This document shows positions 22,512-33,342 of a stretch of DNA of 64,000 bases, piece by piece. Numbering within the stretch: position 1 is the stretch's first letter; every line of letters starts with the position of its first letter. The notes beneath the pieces are model-generated. The model was not told the DNA's origin. It ran no database searches and was given only the letters and a program-made list of their open reading frames with translations. Both the position numbers and the translations under genes were made by a program. The stretch lies in NCBI GenBank assembly GCA_963790405.1, contig CAWBOJ010000006.1:380858-444857 (forward strand). The letters are read 5' to 3'. The DNA comes from an uncultured Actinomycetota bacterium. Lineage in GTDB: Bacteria; Actinomycetota; Coriobacteriia; Anaerosomatales; JAGXFU01.

Positions 22512-22591
22512 GTTTCGAGTGTATTTCGGCAAGGTGAATTGTGCGTTGCGACGGTTGCGGAATGATTTCGGCGACGTGAGCTGTGAGTTGC
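22512..22591 (-). promoter_or_regulatory. Two arrays of 11-bp-spaced pentamers resembling GlnR boxes upstream of amtB
   Basis: Minus strand: GCAAC-n6-CTCAC-n6-GAAAT-n6-GCAAC (22591-22554) and GCAAC-n6-TTCAC-n6-GAAAT-n6-GAAAC (22549-22512). Confidence 0.65.
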
Positions 22592-22647
22592 CCGAGGGTT
22601 TTTGGGCAGACGCCATGCGGGGATCTTGCCTCGCACGGGAGACCCAC

Positions 22648-22675
22648 TTGATACGAACGTATGTTCGCGTACAAT
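22648..22675 (+). promoter_or_regulatory. uvrA promoter with LexA (Gram-positive-type) SOS box
   Basis: TTGATA (22648-22653), CGAAC-GTAT-GTTCG (22654-22667), TACAAT (22670-22675). Confidence 0.9.
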
Positions 22676-22734
22676 CCAGAGTACAATGAAGATTCGTGAC
22701 AAACTGATTCCTCGAGCGAAAGCAAGGTTCTCCC

Positions 22735-25593
22735 GTGTCTCTCGAACACATCTCGATCCGCGGAGCGCGCGAACACAATCTGAAGAACATCGACCTTGAG
22801 ATCCCGCGCGACAAGCTCGTCGTTATCACGGGCCTTTCGGGTTCGGGCAAGAGCTCGTTGGCCTTCGACACGATCTACGCCGAGGGCCAGCGTCGCTACG
22901 TGGAGTCGCTGTCGGCCTACGCCCGCCAGTTCCTCGGCCAGATGGACAAGCCCGATGTCGATCACATCGAAGGTCTGTCGCCGGCCGTCTCGATCGATCA
23001 GAAGACCACATCGAAGAACCCTCGCTCCACCGTGGGCACGGTCACCGAGATCTACGACTACCTCCGACTTCTGTACGCGCGTGTCGGCATCCCGCACTGC
23101 CCGATCTGCGGCCGACCGATCGAGAAGCAGACGAGCGACCAGATCGTCGACCGGATTCTCGAACTGCCGAGGGCACCAAGTTCCAGGTGCTCGCGCCGGT
23201 CGTGAAGGGGCGCAAGGGCGAGTACGGCAAGCTGCTCGACGAGCTGCGTCGCGAGGGGTTCGTGCGGGCGCGCATCGACAAGCGAAATCCGCTCGCTTGA
23301 CGAGGACATCGTGCTCGACAAGAAGTACAAGCACGATATCGATGTCGTGATCGACCGGCTCGTGATGAAGGAGTCGCTTCGGACTCGCCTGGCTGACAGT
23401 GTCGAGACCGCACTACGCCTGTCGGGAACCAGTCTGCTCATCGATGTCACGGACGGAGAAGAGCAGGCGTACTCTCAGGCGTTGGCATGTCCTGTTCACG
23501 GCGTTTCGATGGACGAGCTCGCGCCGCGCGACTTCTCTTTCAACTCGCCCTATGGGGCGTGTCCGGACTGCAACGGACTCGGTTCGAGGCTTGAGGCCGA
23601 TCCGGATCTTGTCGTGCCCGATCCGACACTCTCGCTTGAACAGGGCGCCATCGCGCCGTTCTCGGGAGGCATGAACTACTACCCGCAGCTCGTTGCGGCT
23701 GCGGCACGCCACCTCGGCGCCGATACGGTGACCCCGTGGGCCAAGCTGCCGAAGAAGGTGCGGCGTGCGCTCATGGACGGCCTCGGCGACGAGCGGATCC
23801 GGGTGGACTACCTCACGCGCGATGGCCGAGAGACACACTGGTATTCGCGCTACGAGGGGGCAGTTGTCAGCGTGATGCGACGCTGGAGTGAAACGGAATC
23901 CGAGGGCGTTAGGGACAAGCTTGAGGAGTACATGGCTGTCATTCCGTGCAAGAGCTGCGGTGGGGCTCGGCTGAAGCCGGAGATTCTGGCGGTCACGTTC
24001 GGTGAGAAGAACATCAATGAGGTCACGCAGATGAGCGCGAAGGACTCTCTCGCGTTCTTCGAAGGCGTCGCGCTGAGCAATCGGGACGCGCAGATCGCCG
24101 AGCGAGTGATCAAGGAGATCTGCGAGCGGCTGCGGTTCCTGGTGGATGTGGGACTCGACTACCTCACACTCGAACGCGGTACCGCCACGCTTTCGGGCGG
24201 CGAGGCGCAGCGTATTCGGCTTGCCACACAGATCGGCGCAGGTCTCATGGGCGTGCTCTACATCCTCGACGAACCCTCGATCGGGCTACACCAGCGCGAC
24301 AACGCGCGGCTTATCGGCACGTTGGAACGGCTGCGGGATCTCGGCAACACCGTCATCGTCGTGGAGCACGACGAAGAGACGATCCGGGCGGCCGATTTCG
24401 TCGTCGACATGGGTCCGGGCGCGGGCGAACACGGCGGTGAGATCGTATGCATCGGCACGCCGGAGGACATCTTGGCGTGCGAGGAATCGCTGACCGGGGC
24501 GTATCTCCAGGGACGCAGGTCCATTCCCTTGCCGGACAAGCGTCGTGAGCCGAACAGGGGGGCGCTCGTTCTCAAGGGTGCCGAGGAACACAACCTGCGT
24601 GGAATCGATGTCGAGATCCCGCTCGGGACGCTCACGTTGGTCACGGGTGTCTCGGGCAGCGGAAAGAGCTCGCTTGTGGCCGACACGCTTGCACCGGCAC
24701 TCGCGAACAAGGTTTACCGGCTTCGCCGGCGCACCGGTGTCTACAGGTCGATCCACGGGCTGGAGGCCATTGACAAGGTGATCGATATCGATCAGTCGCC
24801 AATCGGTCGCACGCCGCGGTCCAACCCCGCCACCTACACCGGTCTGTGGGACGACGTGCGTCAGCTGTTCAGTTCCACGCCCGAGGCCAAGGCGCGCGGC
24901 TACGCTCCGGGCCGTTTCTCCTTCAACGTGAAGGGCGGCCGCTGCGAGGCGTGCAAGGGTGACGGGCAGATCAAGATCGAGATGCACTTCCTGCCCGATG
25001 TCTACGTTCCATGCGAGGTGTGCAAAGGCGCGCGCTACAACCGCGAAACGCTTCAGGTCACCTACCGAGGCAAGAACGTGAGCGAGATTCTCGACATGAC
25101 CGTGGAAGAAGCGCTGCATTTCTTCGAAAACATCCCCAAGATCAGGCGCAAACTCCAGACCCTGTACGACGTGGGGCTCGGCTACATACGTCTCGGGCAG
25201 CCGGCGACCACCTTGTCTGGTGGCGAGGCCCAGCGCGTGAAGTTGTCGAGCGAACTGCAGAAGCGCTCGACGGGTCGCACGTTCTACATCCTCGACGAGC
25301 CCACCACCGGACTGCACTTCGATGACGTGCGCCAGCTGTTGCACGTGTTGCAGCGCCTTGTCGAGGCGGGCAACACGGTGCTTGTCATCGAACACAACCT
25401 CGATGTCATCAAAAACGCGGACCATATCATCGACCTCGGTCCGGAAGGTGGTGACCGCGGCGGTGAAGTCGTGGTCTCGGGCACTCCGGAGCAGGTCGCG
25501 GCGTGTCGGGACTCGTATACGGGCCGGTTCCTCAAGCCGGTGCTCGAAGGCAGGGGAGCGACAGTCACTCCTGACGGAGAAGTCGTAGCATAG
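22735..25593 (+). CDS. uvrA: Excinuclease ABC subunit A (frameshifts near 23170 and 23280)
   Basis: [23 protein letters not shown], two LSGGEAQR motifs, zinc fingers. Confidence 0.97.
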
Positions 25594-25601
25594 AGACCGA
25601 C

Positions 25602-26978
25602 ATGCCGACGTCGGATGAGATGCCAGACCCGAGGAGTCACATGGTCGCCGCCGATCGCAGTGCGCGAGGCGTAGAGTCTGCCGAGAACATTCAGCGTGAG
25701 AAGCGCGTGCCCGGACGTAGGGTCGCGCTGGCCGTGGCTACAGCAGCGCTCATTGCGCTAGCGATGTGGGGCTTCTCGGCATTGCGAGACGGCGGTCCGC
25801 TCGCGCCGAGCAGCGAGGGCGAGCAGGTGCTCCGCACGATGCGCCTCGCCGGGTTCGACCGGGTGTGGGTGAGCGAGGGCGATGGCGCGGTCTCGGTCTT
25901 CCTGGTGATGCCCGGAATCGACAGCCCTGCCGATGTCGAGATTGCGTGGCAGACGGCATTCGCATCTCTGGCCTCGGCATTTCGTGCGACGGGTGAGTTT
26001 CGCGTCGGCATTGTGTCCGATGATGAGATCGTTGCCGAGTTGAGCGGAGCGGCCAGAGATATCGTGCGCGTGGTCGAATCGGGCGATGCGACGGGGCTTC
26101 GCGACGCGGTGGCCGTGGAGTATATCCTGGCCGATCTCTCCGACGCCGGACCGACGCCGGCCGAAGTTCTCGCGCAGGCGACGACTCCTGAAGATGCGGC
26201 GTATCTCGATGCGAAGAATCGGGCTGCGGGTCTTCTCGGCGATGAGGGTCCTGTGCAACCGGAGGCAGAACAGCTTGCAGACGAGTGCGACTCGATGCGG
26301 GCTGTCGTTGCAGGCAGGCCGGCAGTGAGGCCCGAGGAGGCACTCAAGGAGTACTCGAGTCGCATCGTGGCCAACCTGGTCCGCTCTGACGCAGGAGCGG
26401 ATCGCGTGATCGATGAGATCGCGCGGCTGGCGGGCGCAACCCCTGCAGGGGGCACAGATGGTGTGGCTCGCTTGCGGACGATATCGCTCGTGGTCGAGGC
26501 CTTTGCCGCCGAGGAACCATACGGTGATCTGCTCGCGAACACCGCTGCGATCGCCGGGCTTGTAGCCGACAACAAGCTAGCGGAGGGAGCTGCATCGGAT
26601 GCGGTGCTCGCCGCAGCACGCGATAGCGCGGCTTCTGAAACTGCGGTGCGCATCGATTCGTTCGCCCGATCGGAGGATCTCGACCTGAGGCCCGGCAGCG
26701 AAGGTGCGTCGGTGGTCGGCGCGGTCGTCCGGGCGATATCCAGCGGCGTGCCGGTTCAGCTGTCCGACACGGTCGTGACGGTGCCGTCCCAGGTCTGGGA
26801 GGCCTATCGCCGCGCAGACGGCACGGTGTACTGGCGCGGTGAGGCCGGGACCGAGTTTGCGCTCACCGACGGCTCGCTCAGGGGATGGGCGTTTTCTCGC
26901 GGCGCGGCTGCGGCGGTGGATCCCGACAACGTCGGCATCGTGCATTCGCTCATCTTGTCTGACTCGGTGCCGCGATGA
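25602..26978 (+). CDS. Hypothetical membrane-anchored Ala-rich protein
   Basis: 458-aa ORF filling the gap between uvrA and uvrC; single N-terminal hydrophobic helix; stop overlaps uvrC start. Confidence 0.7.
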   Translation: MPTSDEMPDPRSHMVAADRSARGVESAENIQREKRVPGRRVALAVATAALIALAMWGFSALRDGGPLAPSSEGEQVLRTMRLAGFDRVWVSEGDGAVSVFLVMPGIDSPADVEIAWQTAFASLASAFRATGEFRVGIVSDDEIVAELSGAARDIVRVVESGDATGLRDAVAVEYILADLSDAGPTPAEVLAQATTPEDAAYLDAKNRAAGLLGDEGPVQPEAEQLADECDSMRAVVAGRPAVRPEEALKEYSSRIVANLVRSDAGADRVIDEIARLAGATPAGGTDGVARLRTISLVVEAFAAEEPYGDLLANTAAIAGLVADNKLAEGAASDAVLAAARDSAASETAVRIDSFARSEDLDLRPGSEGASVVGAVVRAISSGVPVQLSDTVVTVPSQVWEAYRRADGTVYWRGEAGTEFALTDGSLRGWAFSRGAAAAVDPDNVGIVHSLILSDSVPR

Positions 26979-28900
26979 CGGGGCGTGACGATCTGCACGA
27001 GGGCTCCTCGGCAGAAGATGCCTCCGTGGCCGAGCAAGTCGCCTCGGTGCCGGAGCGTCCGGGCGTCTATCTGTGGAAGGACGCCGAGGGCAAGGTCCTC
27101 TACGTAGGCAAGGCCAAGGCGTTGCGTCGCAGGATGCGCCAGTACTTGGGCGGGCACGACGAACGCGAGCAGATACCGCTTCTGATGGAGCGCGTGGCGG
27201 GCTTTGACTACATCGTGACCGAGTCGGAAGTCGATTCGCTCGTGTTGGAGAAGAACCTGATTCGGCAGTTCAGACCGCCGTACAACGTCGACTATCGCGA
27301 TGACAAGAGCTACCCGTTCATTGCGGTGACGACCGGGGATCCCTTTCCGGCCATCAAGTTCACCCGCGAGAAGCATCGGCCGGGGACCACGTATTTCGGT
27401 CCCTACACCGATTCGAGGGCGGCGCGGGCGACCATCGAGGCGGTGCGCAAGGTCTATCCCATCTGCAGCGCGCAGTGTGTCGAGTGGAAGCGTCTGAACG
27501 CGAAAGGTGGCGCGGCCACCGGCAAGGCGTGTTTCGACTACCACGTAGGCAAGGGTCCGGGACCGTGCGTGGGTGCGGTATCGAGCGAAGACTACGCTGC
27601 CAACGTGGCGGACGTTCTGGCGTTTCTGCGCGGCAAACACGCCGGACTTGCCGCGACGTTGACGGCCCGGATGCGTGAGGCTTCCGATGAGCTGGATTAC
27701 GAGTTGGCTGCGCGGTTTCGCAACCGCCTCGAAGCAGTGCACTCGATCGAGGAGCGTCAGAAGGTCGTCTCCCGGCACGCCCTTGATGCTGACGTGATCG
27801 GGATCGTGCGCGAAGAGACTGTGACGGGCGTGCACGTGTTCGTTGTGCGTGAGGGCCGCGTCTTGATCGGCAACGAGTTCGTGCTCGACAAGGGTCTTGG
27901 CGTGCCTGAGGCCGAGCTGATCGAAGGTTTCCTGCTCCGCTACTACGACGAGGTCACCCACGTTCCCAAAGAAGTGCTGTTGCCGGCGCTACCCGAGAGC
28001 CCCGACGCAATAGAAGCCTGGCTGTCGGGATGCCGCAGGTCTCGCGTGTATCTTCGGGTGCCCCAGCGTGGCGAGAAGCGAGAGCTGCTCGCGCTTGCGC
28101 AGACGAATGCACGCCACACACTCATGCGCTACAAGGTCCGTACGCGCTACGACGAGGAGCGCCTCAACGCGGCGCTGCTGCAGCTGGAGAGCGCGCTCGG
28201 TTTGCGCGTACCGCCACTGCGCATCGAGTGCTACGACATCTCGACGATCCAGGGCGCGTTCTCCGTGGGGTCGATGGTCGTGTTCACCGACGGACGTGTT
28301 GACTCCTCGGCGTATCGGCGATTCCGGGTGCGGATGGAGAGTCCGAGCTCGAACGACGTGGCCATGATGGGGGAGGTGCTTCGTCGGCGGTTCGCACAGG
28401 AGCGACTTGCTGACGGGCGGTTTGGCTCTCGGCCCGATCTGGTGATCGTGGACGGAGGCAAGCCCCAGCTTGCGGCTGCTCGCAAGGCCCTGGATGACGT
28501 CGGAGTGAGCGACATCCCGCTTGTGGCGCTAGCCAAACGTGAAGAGGAACTCTATGTAGGATGGCAGGACGAGCCTGTGGTGCTTCCGGCAGGTGCCCCC
28601 TCTCTGTATCTGGTCAAACGTGTCCGCGATGAGGCTCATCGCTTCGCAATCACCTATCACCGCGAGCTTCGCGGCAAGGCAATGACTGCATCGATCCTCG
28701 ATGACATCCCCGGTATCGGACCCAAGCGCAAGAAGGCTCTCATCCGAGCGTTCGGATCGGTCAAGCGCTTGGCCCACGCCGACGTCGATTCTGTCGCCGC
28801 CACACCGGGCGTGCCGCGCGACGTAGCCGTCGATATCGTCCAGACGCTGTCGGCATTGCGTACGGATTCCCATAACGGGGACAATAGCGCGAAGGACTGA
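26975..28900 (+). CDS. uvrC: Excinuclease ABC subunit C
   Basis: GIY-YIG (PGVYLW...YVGKAK), IECYDIS, DGGKPQ, RDEAHRFA, HhH. Confidence 0.97.
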   Translation: MTGRDDLHEGSSAEDASVAEQVASVPERPGVYLWKDAEGKVLYVGKAKALRRRMRQYLGGHDEREQIPLLMERVAGFDYIVTESEVDSLVLEKNLIRQFRPPYNVDYRDDKSYPFIAVTTGDPFPAIKFTREKHRPGTTYFGPYTDSRAARATIEAVRKVYPICSAQCVEWKRLNAKGGAATGKACFDYHVGKGPGPCVGAVSSEDYAANVADVLAFLRGKHAGLAATLTARMREASDELDYELAARFRNRLEAVHSIEERQKVVSRHALDADVIGIVREETVTGVHVFVVREGRVLIGNEFVLDKGLGVPEAELIEGFLLRYYDEVTHVPKEVLLPALPESPDAIEAWLSGCRRSRVYLRVPQRGEKRELLALAQTNARHTLMRYKVRTRYDEERLNAALLQLESALGLRVPPLRIECYDISTIQGAFSVGSMVVFTDGRVDSSAYRRFRVRMESPSSNDVAMMGEVLRRRFAQERLADGRFGSRPDLVIVDGGKPQLAAARKALDDVGVSDIPLVALAKREEELYVGWQDEPVVLPAGAPSLYLVKRVRDEAHRFAITYHRELRGKAMTASILDDIPGIGPKRKKALIRAFGSVKRLAHADVDSVAATPGVPRDVAVDIVQTLSALRTDSHNGDNSAKD

Positions 28901-28934
28901 CACGCTCCGCAACCTTGGCCGGCAGGGGGGGACC

Positions 28935-31907
28935 ATGCCGAACGGCTCGTCGGATCCGGTCTGGACCGAACTCGGCAATATCGACTACTTGCTGGAGCAG
29001 TTGGCGCGTGCCGTCGAACGAGGCGAGGTCGACCGTTCGAACTACGATGTGCTGGCCCCCCGCTATCTCGAGCGCCGAGCCGAACTTGTTGCGATCCTGG
29101 AAGCTCGAAGCGTGTCGGCTACCGTTGCGCGGCCAGAGGTGTCGCCCTCCGTTTCGGCGCTCGGCGTGCCACCCTCGGCCCAGGAACTATCGGCACCGCC
29201 GCGTCCCTCGTATGCGACTCCGCGCGAGCCGATCCAGGTGAACTGGACCGGCGTGCTCACCGCGGTGGGTTCGCTGCTCGTCATCGTTGCCTCGGCGATC
29301 TTCGCAATCGCGACGTGGAAGTCGTTCTCCGTCGGCTTCAGGATCGGATTCCTCGGCTTGCTGACCGCGGGCTTCTACGTGGCCGGCAATCTTGTACGCA
29401 CGCGACTGAAGCTTGCAGCTGGAGGCATCGCCCTGATGGTGGTGGGCTCGGCCATGCTGCTGTTCGACGGCTGGATCGTCATCGATGGCTACGCTCTGAC
29501 GGGTCCCTGGCCCTGGGTGGGTTGGCTCGCGGTCTGCTCGGCGGTCTACTGGCTGACCGAGGTCCGTGTCGCGGGTCGCTTCTTCGGAGCGATTGGCGCT
29601 GCCGCTCAGATCGCGTGGGTGTGGTTGCTCGGCCAAGGTATGGGCTGGACGACCGGACCGCGTATGGCCGGCATTGCTGTCGTGGCACTGGCGTGGACGC
29701 TCGCGGGACGCCTCGCCGAGAAGCGCGAGCCGCTTGTCTCACTCGCGTGGGTGATGCGCCTTGCCGGACCGATCGTGGTGGGATTCGCCGCCATCGGTGT
29801 GGCGGTCGACCTTGGGATTGGACCTGTGGGTTGGACGCAGATAGTCGCGGCGCTCGTAGTCGGGACGTGCGCCACGATCATCGCCGACCTCGTTGAGCTT
29901 CCGAGCGGGATCGCAGCCGTCACACACGTGCCTGCCTTCTTCGCGATTGCGTCCATGGTCGACTTCTCAGGAGCCGAGTGGGGCCATGCGATCGTGCTTG
30001 CTCTCATGGCAATCGCGTATCTGGTCCACGAGGTTGTCCGAGGCGGGTGGGGCCACGGCGTGCTGGCGTTGTTCGCAGAAGCCGGCGTATGGTGGGTGCT
30101 CGCGCTGCACTACGAGTGGTCCCCGGATGTCACGCTCGCCGTGCTCTCGGCACTCGCGGTCTCGTGGCTTCTGGCAGCGACTCTCATCGAGCGATCCGAA
30201 GACATCGCCTGGCGCGGTACCAAGAGCACGCAATTCCTCACTCTTGGTGGAGGCTACGCGCTGTTGTTGGCTTCCACGCTATCTGTGCCCTTGGTGCGCA
30301 TGGCCGTGCCGCTGGCAGGAACCCAGATCGTGCAGCGTGACGTCAAGCTGGCGGTTCTCGTGACCGCGCTATGGTGGGCAGTTTCGGCGTTCCGGACCGA
30401 ATCGGGGCCCGGTGTCCCCGCACTTGCCGGTCTGTTCTACTCCGTCGCCGCGCTCGCGGCATGGCAGGTACCCGGGTGGCACAGTGCACTGTACGCGTCC
30501 GTGCTCCTAGCCGTGGTCGGCGGAGTGTTGGCCGCTCGCGGGCCGCTCGCTCGCATACTCAAGCTCCCCGAGGCGGGCATCGCGTTCGCGATGCGGTTCC
30601 TCGCAGCGGCGCTGCTCTTCGGTGGAGTGGCGGCGTCGGACAGCTTCTTCGATCTGCGTGCCTGGCAGGTTCCGGTGCTCGTGGGTCTCTCGGCGGCATT
30701 TTGGATGCTCGACGCCGTACTTGCCGAGGAATCGCGCATCGGACTCGCCGGGTCCTCCGCGCTCGCTGTCGTGGCAGTCGCGCTCCTCGTGTGGTGGAGG
30801 ACCGCCCCGGGTCACGGTGGAGGGCAGGCGGCGATTGCTGGAGCCGGTGCGGCTCTCGTGCTGTCCGGGTCCGCACTGCTGAGTAGGCGAGCGAAAGGAT
30901 GGTTCGGCGCGTGGCCGTTCGGGGCTGCCGTCGCCGGCACCGTGTGCTGCGTGACAGCGGCCGACGATCCTGGACGCCTTGCTATCGCGCTTGCAGTGGC
31001 CGCGCTCGCGTGGATTCCCGTAGCGCTGCTTGTCAGCGCCGAGGCTTCCGCGGCTTCGGGGCTTCTCGGCATGCTCGCCGTGTTCGCGGCTCTGGCGCAT
31101 TTCGACGGGCTCGCGTGGGTGACGGTTGCCGTTGTGCTGGTTGTTTCGGGCCTGGTGCTGACGCCGTCCTTCGTGCGGCTCGGAGGCTTGACGGACCGGG
31201 CACTCCGGACCGTGCGCGCTTTGGCGGTCGCGGGGTTGTCGGGACCCTTGCTCCTGATACTCGTCGGGACACCCGATGTGATGGGCCTGGGCGTCGGGCG
31301 GTGGGCGCAGATCGGCGAGCAGGGCATGGTGGCAAGCTTGCTTGGGCTTGGGGCGTATGCAGTGGTCGCAGGGCTCATCTATCGCTTTGAACCCGCAGTC
31401 TACGGCGGTGGCATCGCGTTCGTGGCGGCGATCTGGGCGGAGCTCGGCGCTGTCGACATCGGTCAGGTGGCGGCATTCACGACACCGCTTGCTCTCTATC
31501 TGATCTGGGCGGGGGCTCGGTGGAGCAAGCACACCGGCCAGCCGCCGAATCCGGCGTTCGACTTTGCAGCGGCGTTCGTGGGACTGATCGCGCCGTCTCT
31601 TGCCGCGGTTTCCGGAGGATTTGCGGGGGCAGCTGTGTCGGAGCTGATGTGGGCTCTGGGGCTAGCTCTGGTTGCCATCGCTGCTGGTGTGGTGCTCAAG
31701 GTGCGCGCGTACTTCTTCGGGGGCTCTTTGGCGCTCGTGTTCGTGGCGGTGGGTCGCTCGTGGGTCTACCTCGTCGAGCTGTGGTGGCTGGTGCTGGGGC
31801 TCATCGGAATCGCTATGCTCGCAATCGCCATCGCGTGGGCACGCCAGCAGATGCTGCCCGGTGACGCACGCGAGCGTGTGTCGGAGACCCTTGAGGGTTG
31901 GCGCTAG
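28935..31907 (+). CDS. Large polytopic membrane protein of unknown function
   Basis: 990 aa with more than 20 hydrophobic segments after a short soluble N-terminus. Confidence 0.8.
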   Translation: MPNGSSDPVWTELGNIDYLLEQLARAVERGEVDRSNYDVLAPRYLERRAELVAILEARSVSATVARPEVSPSVSALGVPPSAQELSAPPRPSYATPREPIQVNWTGVLTAVGSLLVIVASAIFAIATWKSFSVGFRIGFLGLLTAGFYVAGNLVRTRLKLAAGGIALMVVGSAMLLFDGWIVIDGYALTGPWPWVGWLAVCSAVYWLTEVRVAGRFFGAIGAAAQIAWVWLLGQGMGWTTGPRMAGIAVVALAWTLAGRLAEKREPLVSLAWVMRLAGPIVVGFAAIGVAVDLGIGPVGWTQIVAALVVGTCATIIADLVELPSGIAAVTHVPAFFAIASMVDFSGAEWGHAIVLALMAIAYLVHEVVRGGWGHGVLALFAEAGVWWVLALHYEWSPDVTLAVLSALAVSWLLAATLIERSEDIAWRGTKSTQFLTLGGGYALLLASTLSVPLVRMAVPLAGTQIVQRDVKLAVLVTALWWAVSAFRTESGPGVPALAGLFYSVAALAAWQVPGWHSALYASVLLAVVGGVLAARGPLARILKLPEAGIAFAMRFLAAALLFGGVAASDSFFDLRAWQVPVLVGLSAAFWMLDAVLAEESRIGLAGSSALAVVAVALLVWWRTAPGHGGGQAAIAGAGAALVLSGSALLSRRAKGWFGAWPFGAAVAGTVCCVTAADDPGRLAIALAVAALAWIPVALLVSAEASAASGLLGMLAVFAALAHFDGLAWVTVAVVLVVSGLVLTPSFVRLGGLTDRALRTVRALAVAGLSGPLLLILVGTPDVMGLGVGRWAQIGEQGMVASLLGLGAYAVVAGLIYRFEPAVYGGGIAFVAAIWAELGAVDIGQVAAFTTPLALYLIWAGARWSKHTGQPPNPAFDFAAAFVGLIAPSLAAVSGGFAGAAVSELMWALGLALVAIAAGVVLKVRAYFFGGSLALVFVAVGRSWVYLVELWWLVLGLIGIAMLAIAIAWARQQMLPGDARERVSETLEGWR

Positions 31908-32012
31908 CGGCTCCACGATCTTGCAGGTGAGCGTGTCAGACCCTCGGGTATACTCTGACCTGCCAGTACATTCATCCCGCCGCGTGCGTGGAACGACCTT
32001 CGAGGGGGACAC

Positions 32013-32360
32013 ATGAAGCTCATCGTGCGACTGCTCATTTCGGCCGTCGTCATCTTCGGAGTCGCCTATCTGTCCGCTGGCTCATTGCTCGTAGTAGACG
32101 GGTTTGTGGCGGCATTGTGGGCGGCTTTGGTTCTGGGGCTCGTGAACGCCATCATCAAGCCGATCGTCAAGCTATTTGCATTGCCCGTGACGATTCTGAC
32201 CCTGGGCTTGTTCTCACTGGTCATCAACGCCGGTATGCTCTATCTCGTCGGCTGGGTCGTGCCTGGGCTCGAGATGGTGGGTTTCTGGCAGACACTTCTC
32301 GCTGCGTTGATCATCTCCGTGGTCAGTTCGGTGCTCATCAAGATTGCAGACAAAGACTAG
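32013..32360 (+). CDS. YvlD / 4-TM phage-holin-family membrane protein
   Basis: LGLVNAIIKP...LPVTILTLGLFSLVINA motif. Confidence 0.85.
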   Translation: MKLIVRLLISAVVIFGVAYLSAGSLLVVDGFVAALWAALVLGLVNAIIKPIVKLFALPVTILTLGLFSLVINAGMLYLVGWVVPGLEMVGFWQTLLAALIISVVSSVLIKIADKD

Positions 32361-32424
32361 ACTTGAATCGACCGACTGGTCTCAAGAAGCAGTTCTCACT
32401 CGCTCGGAAGGGGGTGTGCGACAG

Positions 32425-33342
32425 ATGCCCGAAGAGTGTTCCTCGGAAACGCCAACGCAAACGGCTACACCTGAGCTCGTGGTCATAACAGGCATGTCGG
32501 GTGCCGGTCGCTCTGAGGCCATCCACACGTTTGAGGACCTCGGCTATTTCTGCATCGACAACCTGCCACCTAGCTTCATCCGGCCGCTTGTCGATCTGAC
32601 GCAGCTGCCGGGGAGTCGCATCCGTCGCATCGCTGTGGTCTGCGACGTGCGCGCCCGGGAGTTCTTCGACGAGCTTGCAGCCGAGCTGAAGCGTCTCGAG
32701 GAGAGTGGCACGAAGTACCACCTGCTGTTTCTCGAGGCTGATGAGGACACGCTTGTACGGCGGTTCAGCGAGACGCGACGTCGACATCCTCTGTGCGAAG
32801 AGGGTGCGTCGGTGATCGATGGCATCCGTGCAGAGCGTGAGGCACTCACCGTGGTCCGCAGCAGTGCCGACGTCATCATCGATACCACCGAGATGAAGCC
32901 GCGACGCCTTCGCGCGGCAATCAAGGACCGTTTCTTCACCGGCAACCTCGCGCGCTCGTTGAGCGTTACTGTGACGTCGTTCGGATTCAAGTACGGCATC
33001 CCGATCGACGCCGACATCGTCATGGACGTACGCTTCTTGCCAAACCCCTACTACAAGCCGGAGCTCCGTGAGCTCACGGGCCTCGAAGAGCCCGTGCGCG
33101 CGTTCGTGTTGGGCCGCGAAGAGACCGGCGAGTTTCTCGCACGTTGGACCGATCTGCTGACCGTTCTCATGCCTGGCTACCTGATGGAGGGCAAGTCGCA
33201 TCTTTCGATCGGCCTCGGATGCACGGGCGGCATGCACCGCAGTGTCGCATTGGCCGAGGAGACGGCCGCCTTTCTTCGCGAGGGCGGCTACTCTGTGGCT
33301 GTGAGCCATCGTGACATCGCCAAGGATCGGGAGAGCTCGTGA
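32425..33342 (+). CDS. rapZ: RapZ/YvcJ-family nucleotide-binding protein
   Basis: ITGMSGAGRS, FCIDNLP, ETRRRHPL, SFGFKYG, GCTGGMHRS. Confidence 0.93.
   Translation: MPEECSSETPTQTATPELVVITGMSGAGRSEAIHTFEDLGYFCIDNLPPSFIRPLVDLTQLPGSRIRRIAVVCDVRAREFFDELAAELKRLEESGTKYHLLFLEADEDTLVRRFSETRRRHPLCEEGASVIDGIRAEREALTVVRSSADVIIDTTEMKPRRLRAAIKDRFFTGNLARSLSVTVTSFGFKYGIPIDADIVMDVRFLPNPYYKPELRELTGLEEPVRAFVLGREETGEFLARWTDLLTVLMPGYLMEGKSHLSIGLGCTGGMHRSVALAEETAAFLREGGYSVAVSHRDIAKDRESS

Noticed and set aside
22448-22600. Sigma54 promoter for amtB
   Set aside because: No GG-n10-GC element in a TGGC...TGC context was found; GlnR-like repeats fit better
32013-32360. Prophage holin
   Set aside because: YvlD-type membrane protein in a housekeeping context with no phage genes nearby
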